The position numbers were made by a program, and so were the translations under genes. The notes beneath the pieces were generated by a model that had not been told where the DNA came from, did no database searches, and was given only the letters and a program-made list of their open reading frames with translations. A stretch of DNA of 33,605 nt from Dimargaris cristalligena (Eukaryota): positions 1 through 33,605 of the forward strand of contig ML002404.1 of the NCBI GenBank assembly GCA_003614675.1, written 5' to 3'. Below, piece by piece: positions 11,340 to 21,620 of this stretch (positions are counted from its first letter, which is position 1; every line of letters begins with the position of its first letter).

Positions 11340-13280
11340 TTGGATGATGGGGTGAAAGAGAGATCACCCGCCAATGTGAAACACATTGACATTGATATAC
11401 TTTTACTCGTAGCAAAGGGAGAAATGTGTGTATATCACCTCGTTTTTATACCCAAGAACAGAACAGCCATAAAAGTACATATTCCCACTTCCTTTTGGGC
11501 CGACGGGTTCAGTCGGAAGCACGGCTGTGCACACAGTTGATGATTTCAAAGCATCCACAGACCAACACGGGCTCCTCTCCTATGTACGTGTGTGTATGGA
11601 ACAAGAAGAACAACGCCGTGTGCCTTGTTCCGAAATTTCCATCAATTAGGGAGGAGGAGGGGGAGGCTTTGAATGGGTAGAATATGCCATTTGGGGACTA
11701 TGGTGGTCCGTTTAGAGCTTATCCGAAGTAGTATAGCCTCTCACTACTGCCACTACACTCTATGGATTGGAGAAGTGGGGTGACGACGCACAGCCCTTTC
11801 TGCTGTGACTTGACTTAGGTGAGGAGGGGAGATATGGGAAAGGAATATAAAATAGATCACGTCCCTCCAAAGTGATACAGCAGGGTCAAGTCAGCAACCG
11901 GAATGAAGCACAGGCAGGAGGATTAAGAAGAGAGAGAGAGGATAAGAAAAAGTCGGGCAGGTCTAATCATCCGATATTGGGCCAAGAACTCTGGTTGGTC
12001 AGAATGCCTGAAAATGCGGGATGGCCTGACCCTACTGAAATGGTTCACTCGCTGGCGGTCCAGTAATATTAGCAGCAGCAGTAGTAGTAATAGTAGTAGT
12101 TAACCACAATCCCACCCAGGTCATGAAACGCGGCCTATTATGCCCTCTTCCCTCCGCTATACCCGGGTACGGGGCAAGTGACGAGCCTATCAATTGGGGG
12201 AAAACAAGCAGTCCTTACTGTGAGAGCATGGCATTGTCTCTCCTCACATTTATTGAAATTTCTATTGGATTCGAATTTGCGATTAAATGGCTCAGCATCG
12301 TTCTGCTACTCAAACGGGACGGACAATTGGTCGGTGATGGTGGGATATAATAGATAAGCAGCACCCCCTCTCCTCTCCTCGTCCCTTCACACCACCCCAC
12401 TTTACCAATGCGCGGGTTCCCTGGTCCGATTCGGGCAAGTCACCATCCCCGAAATCACGTGGATGGTCCTGGCTACGATTGGATACCCAGTGGGCTGTTC
12501 CGGCCATATTAAGTGACTTCCGCTCCAGAAAGTGTGACACAGACATGGTTAAAGAAGGGGGCGGCGTGGTGTCCATTGGCCGTTGGCTAGTCTATATCGA
12601 GGCCAAGCTTTTTATTTCACAAATGTACCTCTCTCTACTTCTTGATCTCATCAAAGGAGAGAGGAATGTGGTGATAATATCGCCCTTTGATACGATGCGG
12701 TGTAATATTAATAATAATAATAATAATAATATACGAGATATGTAATGGGAGGAGGATATACCCCAGAGGCTATAATAGACAGATAGATGGGAGATGATAT
12801 CCGGATTGCTCCTATTTGCTCCGAGGCCGTAGTCTATGATGGAGACCCTCCCAACGAGGGGCCAGCCAGAACCATCTATACATGTGGCAGGGGCGTAAGA
12901 GAAAGCGAGGGTATGGCGGAAAACCATGATAATTACCACATAACACACATTGGCTGTGCGCTTGTAGTCTCTCTCCCCTTGGACTACAACCTAGTAGTTA
13001 GTGGAGGGCGAGGATGTGATAAGATGGTCCGATTGGCTCAGCCCCGCCACTTACCTTTACATTGGCATGCCTCCGAAATACATCAGCCCATAACTATATG
13101 CTAAGGGTGGGTGGTGTGGTACTCTCCAATCACCCCGACTCTACCACCCCGGCAGCATATATTCGCCCCCCCCCCTGTTCTTACTATACTATACTATGCT
13201 ATTCTATATGCGCCCAGACACTATACTACCCACCACTCTTCTAACTTAGCCGGTGGTGCTTCCTATATACTATATAAACC
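11340..13280 (+). promoter_or_regulatory. OLE1 upstream regulatory region with TATA box and SRE-like/CCAAT motifs
   Basis: TATATAAA at 13271-13278. SRE-like motifs at 11347, 11775, 12391 and 13129, ATCACGTG at 12454, and several CCAAT/ATTGG boxes. Function is inferred only. Confidence 0.4.
12709..12730. repeat. (TAA)7 microsatellite
   Basis: Direct reading. Confidence 0.85.
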
Positions 13281-13578
13281 CAACCTGGGCCCCGCCTCCT
13301 CTTCCGAAGTTGCTCAAACTGGCTGTTGTAGTTGCACCACTCTAAATTTCTTCCATATCATCGCCACCACCTCGTTGCCGTCCCTTCGTTACCAGAGTAT
13401 TGATTTCTCGGCCCTTTGTGATTTATTAACTCGGCTACTACTGTGGCACTCCTGCGCGCCATCTCCCCGCTCAAGCCAACGACGACAACTACTACACCAG
13501 TGTAATACAACAACTGCCCGTCGTTTCCTTTTACTCGTTTACTACTACCAACTACTCCCCTTCACTACCACTGTAGCC

Positions 13579-15606
13579 ATGGCTCGCGCCCAGCTCCAGG
13601 ACGCCCCGAAGGGTACCACCACCTTGGCTGCCAAGGCCCTCCCGATTCCCTTCGAGAAGCTGCCAATCAGCCAACGTATCCACTGGCTTCACTTTTCTCT
13701 GCTCATGTCCACACCTCTGCTCGCCATTTATGGCCTGCTAACCACCCCTTGGGTCTCGCAGACCTTCTACCTCACCCTGGTCACCTATCTCCTCACTGGC
13801 TTCGGTATTACTGCTGGTAAGTTAGCCCTTTCAATTAATTAATTACCTAATGCATGGTGTCCCTTTTCTTTATTTATTTACAGTTCCTCCCTACTATTCG
13901 ATCTCAGCGTGCGCTTAACTCTCACCATGGGGTAAAGAAGGGGCTTGGCCCTATTAGATAGAACCTAGTAGCGGTGACAACCTGCTCTCCCCTACCATTC
14001 CTCAGATATCCACTGGCTCCGTCATTGGGTTGACCCTTATCGCCCCCGGCCATCAGGAGGGGTTCATCAAGGAGAGGGAAGGGGGGGGGGGAAGAGGTCT
14101 AGGTGGCACACTAGGAAAGAGAGAGAGAGAGCGCCTTTTTCTCCGATGTGTGGATATAAAGGGGGAAGACGATGTTACAGGATGCGCGCATAGGTAACAC
14201 CCCAATTGAATGAATCAGCCTAATCGAACTGTGAATACAAGGGGCGGACTACTCTACTCATTCAATTGGCGCTGCCCTGCCATTAAAAAAATCACCCACA
14301 ACCCTTCCTCCTCCCCCTTATCATTGGTCCATCGTCCCCCTAAAGTTCTTCGGATCCGGCTATTAGGGGAAATCACTTGTGGAATCCCTGTCCCCTCACT
14401 GTAATATGCGGGGGGAAGTCGCTGTCCCATTCCCCCACTTTACTTACACTGTTTTTTTCTCTTTCTTTCCACTTGAGGCGACATTCAATACCAAATTCTC
14501 GGCAGTAGACCCATATCCCCATTAACTGGTACTAACCATTCTGTCTGATATACCACTACTCGATTTTTCCGCTACTCTCTATCCCGCCAATCATCGTTCT
14601 TATTCATCCAGGCTACCATCGTCTATGGAGTCACCGTGCCTACGACGCCCCTGTGGTGACCCGCGCCATCCTCGCCATCATGGGCGGATCTGCTCTGCAG
14701 GGCTCCATCCTGTGGTGGTGCCGTGACCACCGCGTCCACCATCGCTATACCGATACCGAGAAGGATCCCTATGGCGCCCAGAATGGTTTCTGGTATTCCC
14801 ACATCGTCTGGATGCTGTTCAAGAAGGACAAGTCCAAGGTGGGCAAGGCTGACATTGACGACCTGGAAAACGACCCCGTTGTCCGCTGGCAGCACAAGCA
14901 TTACGTCGCCATTATGCTCACCTTCAGCGTTGTCATCCCCATGCTCATCGCTGGCCTCGGCTGGGGTGACTGGCGCGGAGGATACTTCTACGCCGTTATT
15001 CTGCGCATGGTCATTGTGCATCATGCCACTTTCTGTGTCAACAGCCTGGCCCATTGGCTCGGTGACGTTTCTTTCGACGATAAGCACAGCCCGCGCGACC
15101 ACTTCATCACTGCTCTGGTTACTTTCGGCGAGGGCTACCACAACTTCCACCACCAGTTCCCCCAGGACTACCGTAACGCCATCAAGTTCTACCAATATGA
15201 CCCCACCAAGTGGCTGATTCTGGTCCTGTCCTACTTGGGTCTGGCCTACAACCTGCGCACCTTCCCCGAAAACGAGATCCGGAAAGGCGCCCTTATGATC
15301 AAGGAGAAGCGCCTCAACGAGATCAAGGCCACCATCAAGTACGGCCCCCCTGCTGATAAGCTGCCCCAATACACCCGGTCCGAGTACGAGACCGAAGTGC
15401 GGGACCATGGCCGCCAGTGGTTGTTGGTCGACGGATTTATTCATGATGTGGCCCAGTTCATCCCGGAACACCCCGGCGGTCCCAAGTACATCCGCAACAT
15501 GCTGGGCAAGGACGCCTCCCGTGCCTTTGGCGGGGTAGTCTACGACCACAGCAACGGTGCCCGCAACCTCATGTCTATGATGCGTGTGGGTGTCATCACG
15601 GAATAG
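13579..15606 (+). CDS. OLE1: Acyl-CoA delta-9 desaturase with fused C-terminal cytochrome b5, ~410 aa
   Basis: Exons 13579-13816 and 14612-15606 (intron GTAAGT..TACTAAC..CAG). Splicing restores GITAG-YHRLWSH. His boxes HRLWSH, HRVHH and GEGYHNFHH; YDPTKW; b5 domain with FIPEHPGG and YDHSNGARNLM. Confidence 0.97.
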
Positions 15607-17665
15607 AATAGACCAGCCGCTCTCTATATTTGATATGGGCGGATGAGAAGATTACATACAATCGTAAACCTTCCTCCTGCTCTACCGTACGCCCCTTCTT
15701 TATCAAAACCCGCTTAGTACTATAGTAGTTTCTTTACATTTCCATCATTGATGGGGATGTTGTTATCATATGTGTCACATATTTCTATTTTTTTTTGTTT
15801 CTCCGCATCTTCATAATTGACCCCTCTTAACCTTTAAGGTTCCCCTTTTCATTGACATCTTCTTCATTCGCCACCTTTGGCTATAAACTTACAGCGCTTA
15901 CTTTAGCCTACAGTTAACAACGTTGGAACATTGCTTGCAGGCACTGCAGAGCCCGTGTTTGAAGAGGTCAAACTCGGTGCAAATTTAGATAACCCATATA
16001 AATAAACCATTGACCCCCCCTATAATCATGTAATTGTATCTATTACAATAGAGACTCAACTTCATTAAGGATATTATAATCTAATGTGGTACTAAGCTAT
16101 AGTTATTTTTCATTTTCGCCGTGAGCCAGCCGATAATATAAATCTCAGGTCTATCTATAAAAGAAGAGATATGTGTATTCCCCAAATGTTGGTATATTTT
16201 AAACAGCCCGCTCTTCCAAGATGTTTTCAGATTGTTGACAATAGCTGTGCTCTGTTTATTGACCAGTCGTAGTTGAAGGGTGCTTTGGATTTATTGTTTT
16301 TATGTCGGCCTATATTGCGGTTTATTGTCCAAGGCGGAGGACTTTGGGGTGGTTTAACCATAATACCCCACTCAGTGTAGGACTAAGGCGGTATTTCCTT
16401 CCCCTCGACTTCGATGCGCTTCCTTCCTTGCCATGTGCCTGCTCATATAAAAGTGCTATTGTTCCCAACATCTTTGTCTTCCGGTACGATTCTATTGGTG
16501 TGAGGCAGGCTAGACGGGGCCGAAACATACCACCATAGAGTTGCTCTGGTAGACATTGTGCCACTCCAATGGCGAGTGTACTTTTTTTGGCCGGGTGTAT
16601 CACAAGAAGAGAAGAAGGGGTCTATGGGGGGGGGGGAGGAGCCACCAACTCCCCGTGATAGCCTATGTGCGTATGTGTGAGCTAGCTAATTTGGACGGAT
16701 CATAAGGGTCATCAACGTTTTGATGGAGGATGGTCTCGGAACTTGGTTGTCGTTAAAACCTTATAGAGCCCACTTGTTCCAGGGTAGGCTAGCTAGACTG
16801 TACCGTTTGTCATTATGGTACCTTTTCTGGAAGGATTGATATCAATTTCGTCCTTTTATATGGGGCTCCTCTGGCCAACATCACCCAGTATTTTAACCAT
16901 AGTTTGGAGTCTCCGCCGCACCGGTAAATTTCGGAACACCTTTTGGTCCAAAGTTTTACTAGCTATCTGTAGCTGTGAAGCCCAATAATATAAACCGAAT
17001 AGTATCAAATAGGAGAGGGGGTGACTTATGTGTAACCCAACACCCCCCCCCCCCCGGGGGGGAGGTACGCTAGTACTAGGTGCGTGGTTAATATGGAGTT
17101 CAGTGGAAGCGCCAAAGTAACCTATGCTAGGCTCCCCAAATACCCGAATCTTAGTGATTTTTATATATAGTGGCCATTATCCTATTTTGAGCCGCTGTCC
17201 TAATGCCCGCTTGCTTCTCTATCCGTCCGTACCAAATGTATTAACTATGAATGAACTCCACCATTATTGTACTATACCCCATCCTATTTATTATTCGATC
17301 ATTTGCATTTTATTAAATACCATTCAGCTCCTGGAGAAGGTGTGATGTTCGGCAATTCCCCGTACCCGTCCCCATTATATACCCAAGGAAACCCCGATTA
17401 TTATTATATTCTTATTTAATCCTTTAACTCACCCCACTAAACCCTCAATGATCCCATTGCCCTTACTATTGGCGTCCGTTATTTCTAATACACCCATTTT
17501 TATATTAATCTCCTTTACAAGAAAAACGCGAAACGAGAGGTGAAGAGAGCAGATAACCCAGCCGAGATTCGAACTTCGCCAACCAAATCAACCCCACCAC
17601 ACCCACACACCTATCCTAAGAAAAACAAATAGTTCAAAATCGAAAAACCACTCACGGGGCGAGAG

Positions 17666-18271
17666 ATGCCTTCCTTTATTTCCTGGACGAAATTCCTGGG
17701 CTGCCTACCCCTAAGCCGCTCGATTCTCTGTATCGCCTTCATCGATGGGTTCGCCGGGGTCTTCCAAATTATCCAAGGCCTCCTCCACGGGGAAATGGTC
17801 AACGTGGCCTTTGGGCTATGGACCGTAATCGGCTGCAGTATGTTCGGTCTCCTCGGCCTGTTTCGGCGGAATACCATTTTTTTCCAATGCTACGCGGGTG
17901 CCGTAACGTTTCAACTCATCTGTACTATCCCTTGGTTCATCCTCATGATCTACGGGTACCAGAGCCGGCAGCAACACCGAAGTAGCTTCCACCATCCCCC
18001 CTACCACCACCACCTGTTGGCGTATATTCAAAATACCCTCCTCGGGTTTATCTTGCGGACCTTCTGGCCGCCTAAACAATTCGCCCATTTGGCATTGCTC
18101 ATCCATGTGATACTCAGTGGGGTGTTCACGCTGTTCTCGGCCTACTACTGTGCTTGTGTCTGGTCCCTATACCGGATTTTACGTATCGAGGAAAAAGCCG
18201 CGGAGCAGGTTCGGCTGGCCGCCGAGCGGGCCGAATTGGAATATTACTTTGGTAGAGGCGACAATCGATAG
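17666..18271 (+). CDS. Small multi-pass (about 4 TM) membrane protein of unknown function, 201 aa; weak Kei1/LAPTM-like architecture
   Basis: ATG-initiated ORF with coding-like codon use and four hydrophobic segments. N-terminal KFLGCLPL, His-rich loop, and C-terminal YYCACVWSLY followed by a charged helix. Family assignment is uncertain. Confidence 0.75.
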   Translation: MPSFISWTKFLGCLPLSRSILCIAFIDGFAGVFQIIQGLLHGEMVNVAFGLWTVIGCSMFGLLGLFRRNTIFFQCYAGAVTFQLICTIPWFILMIYGYQSRQQHRSSFHHPPYHHHLLAYIQNTLLGFILRTFWPPKQFAHLALLIHVILSGVFTLFSAYYCACVWSLYRILRIEEKAAEQVRLAAERAELEYYFGRGDNR

Positions 18272-18879
18272 TCACCTAACCCCAGGGGCGACGGCAACTC
18301 ACTAAAGCCCCCATCCCCACAACACCTGGATGAGACCACTTGTTCGGAAACCGTGAACGGGTCCGCCGCATCATGAAAGCTGACCGAGACTCTCCCCCCC
18401 CCATTCACCTATCGTTACGCTTATGACATATCAACAATGGGGAGGCACACACACAATCAGCCAATAAGTCACATTAATGCCGACTCTAAACCACTGTTTT
18501 TAATAGAATAAATCATGTTTCCTCCTTGTCCTCTAAGCTTACACATCCAATGCGTGAATTTCAGGGCGAATTTTATTGGGTGCGCCAAGGCCAAAATTGT
18601 GCAGCATGTATATATAGCTATATATAAAGACTGACGCATCAGTCAAATCATTCCTACCATTCCCACGACGTCGCCAATGAGAAAGACAAAAGGACACTGA
18701 CAAAAGGGTGATTAGAGCGAGCTCGATCCGGAAAGATGAAGAATAAAAATAGAATGGGTCAAGTAGTTACAGATAATGTGGAAGAAGATAGGAAAAAGCT
18801 ACGGGTAATCAAAAACCATGATCCGGTAGAACACGCCTCAGTAGTCAGCAACCAAAGGGTTAGGTATAAAACAAACCCT

Positions 18880-20757
18880 CTATTTGCTTGCATGTTCCTC
18901 TGACCCAACCACTGACACCGTCTTACGACGGGTCACCCGTTCCAGATCCGCCGTGGCGGTTGATGAGGCGGTATCAGCGGCCGGTTTGGCTTGATCAGCC
19001 TCGGTTTTGGTCTTCTTATCCTTAGCAGCCGGGGTCTCCGTGGACTTGGGCATGAAGGCGGTGAGAATCATGTTCAGGATCCAGGCCATGGCCACGAAGA
19101 GCATGCCAATGATACCCGCCACACGCGGTTGATCGGCAATGGCCTTGCCAATGTCCTGGCGGGCGGCCTCGACCAGACGAGTGGCGTCCTTGACGAACTG
19201 ACGGTACTGGTAACGGGCAAAGTTAACGAAGTCGCGCGGATCGGGCATAACCTCGTCGTTGCCGGCGGCGGCTGCCTTTTCCTTGGCCAGTTTAGCCTCT
19301 TCGACTTCATGCTTGGGTACCCAGGCTTCGGCGGCCAGAGCTTCGGCCTGGTCTACGGACTGACCCACGTAGATGTTGTCAAACAGAATCTGATCCTGGA
19401 TGGTCCACAGCTCAAACCCAGCGCCGACAATAGGGGTCATGCCGATGGCAGGCTGCTTGTCTTCGAAGTAGTCGGGGTTGGCAATCTTACGGGGGGCCCA
19501 TACGCCCTTGTAGGCCGGGTTGGCAATCATAGGGGCGCTCCACTTACCCTTATAAGCCGGGTTTTCCATCATGGGGCGCTCCCATTTACCGCACCCAGAC
19601 GCCTTTTGGCACTTGGGGTTGGCGATCATCCGGGGCTCGTAGTCACCGTCCTCGTCTTCGTCCCATTCTTCGGGCATGACGTCTTCCGGGTCGGGAATTT
19701 CGAGGGGCTCGTTGTCCAACCAATCGGCCGGCTTTTCGGCCTTGACGTTGGGGATCCGCTTGGGGGCGTTCTCGTCCCAGTCGGCGGGCTTGGTGGCCTT
19801 AGGATCAGGGATCTGAGACTCCAGCACCCAGTCGTCGGGCATGCGGTCGTTGGGATCATCAATCTCAGCGGGCGGGTTGATGGGGGGGTCCATATCGGTG
19901 AGCAGATTGCCATTTCGGACGGCGCGGTTATTGATGCGGATCTCGAAGCTGTTGTCGGGGTTCACAATGAGCGTGTACAGCACGGTGGTCTGGCCAATCA
20001 TGGCGGCGGGTGGGTTGGTAAGGTGCTTTTCAGTAACCTCCCCAGTCTTGGGGTTACGGTGCCGCAGGATGAAATGCACCTTGTTGGAGGAACCGCAACG
20101 GTCGGGACCGAACATGATGGTGTACGGGGTCTTGTCGTTAAACTGGGTGGGGTCAAAGGCCGCGTCGGCTTGGCTGATCAGTTTGATGTAGGCGCCGCCG
20201 CACTCGAGAGAGTTCTGGAACTTGACTTCGTATTGGACCACCAGAGGCTTGTCCTTAATAACCAGGGGGTGCTCAAAAGGTACCGAAATGGCGTGGTGAG
20301 CGGCAGCGGTGGACAACACTAGGCCATGGTCGCCTTTGAAATAGGGTTCAGCCAAAGGTTCCAGAATTTTCCAAATACCGGTGTAACGGCTTTCTTCTTC
20401 CTTGCCGTCCTCCTTCTTGGTGGCTTCGCTCTTGACCCATTTGCCAAAGTCGCCGTTAGCGAACTGTTCCAAAAAGAAGGCGTCGATTTTAGAGGGCTGG
20501 TGGGGTTCAAATATTAAGGGGTAATGGTATACGAGTGAGGGCTTGGTTAATGGGGTTGCCGCGAAGTGGCGGAAGAATTAACACAAAGTAGCCACGGGCC
20601 TTGTCTAGGCCAACTATTTAAGGATGGGGAGTGCAATTTAGAAGGGATGACGTACCGTGAATTGACCCAGGGTGAACTCCTCATTGGCGACGGAGTCCTG
20701 GTTGTGGGCGGCCGCGAGGGCGACCAAAGCGGCCAGGGTTAGCAGATTGTACTTCAT
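18880..20757 (-). CDS. CNX1: Calnexin, ~572 aa
   Basis: Exon 1 is 20757-20656 (signal peptide MKYNLLTLAALVALAAA, donor GTACGT) and exon 2 is 20496-18880. Motifs LVVQYEVK, ECGGAYIKL, YTIMFGPDRCG, P-domain repeats (IPDPKATKPADWDE; GKWSAPMIANPAYKG) and GFELW. Single C-terminal TM helix with a basic tail. Confidence 0.97.
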
Positions 20758-21620
20758 GATCACTGAAGTGGCTCAGATGGGAGGGCGGCTATTCAGGGAA
20801 TGTATTCAAAGGAAGTGGGGGCAAATATACAGGAAGAATAAGCGGGACGAGTTCGTGAAAAGCGCTCACTTGATAAAGCCAGGCAAACTACACAACAGTT
20901 AAGAGGACAAAGGGTATAGTAGTAGAGAGCAAAGGAACCAGTGGGATGAATACGGGGGCGCTGAGCTGGAAATTGATGATCCTTATATATCAACACGGCT
21001 TAGTGTATATGCGCATACAAGTAGCAACAGGGGAAGCTGCGCGTGGACTGTTTCAGTAGGGCAGTGAGGGCGGCCAGTCCATTGGGCGGAGCCCCTATTT
21101 ATCAGTACCGTATATTTCGCCCATTGCCCCGTCGTAGATATGGGCACTGCCCTTACTTGTCTTTCCCTGGAATAGCTAGCTCTGTCGTCTCATCTGCCAT
21201 GTGGATGATGGGTCCCGTGCCCTCCCGCAAGCTGCTGGCCCTGCCAGTTCCCCAGGCCAAAAGCCTACCTACTCCCTCACATCTTACGTGGTTGGTCCCA
21301 AACTGCTCTCCCATCCGTCCCCACTTCCACCCATTCCACCACTCCCCTTGGCCCTCTTCTATCTGCGTATAGCCCTCGCCTCCGGAAGAAGTGCATTTGA
21401 AACGACTGCCTGCCTAGCTTTGAACCTTTCCCCGCCTTACCTAAGTGTTCGCCATCTCATTTGTCATAGTCAAAGTTGTCTTCAAACCTCTCGATTCGCT
21501 TGACTTCCTTCCATACCTAAACATCCAGCACCTATATATCTACCCGGTTACACACACCCTTTAACACTTCCTCGCCCTCCCGGTTTACCAAACCCTCGTC
21601 CAATTTCCGAGCCCATCACC

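Noticed and set aside
13111-13578. Upstream in-frame extension of OLE1 exon 1 in the ORF track
   Set aside because: It starts at a non-ATG codon, spans the TATA box and has low-complexity UTR-like composition. ATG 13579 has good context (GCCATGG).
14623-15549. 308-aa antisense ORF
   Set aside because: Shadow of OLE1 exon 2. Strong third-position C/G codon bias removes antisense stops, and it has no motifs.
17561-17580. B-box/T-loop-like GTTCGAATC on the minus strand (similar motif near 32686)
   Set aside because: No cloverleaf or A-box could be built, and a short motif like this is expected by chance. It could be an extra-TFIIIC site, but nothing supports that.
18991-20322. 443-aa antisense ORF
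   Set aside because: Shadow of calnexin, with the same codon-bias explanation.
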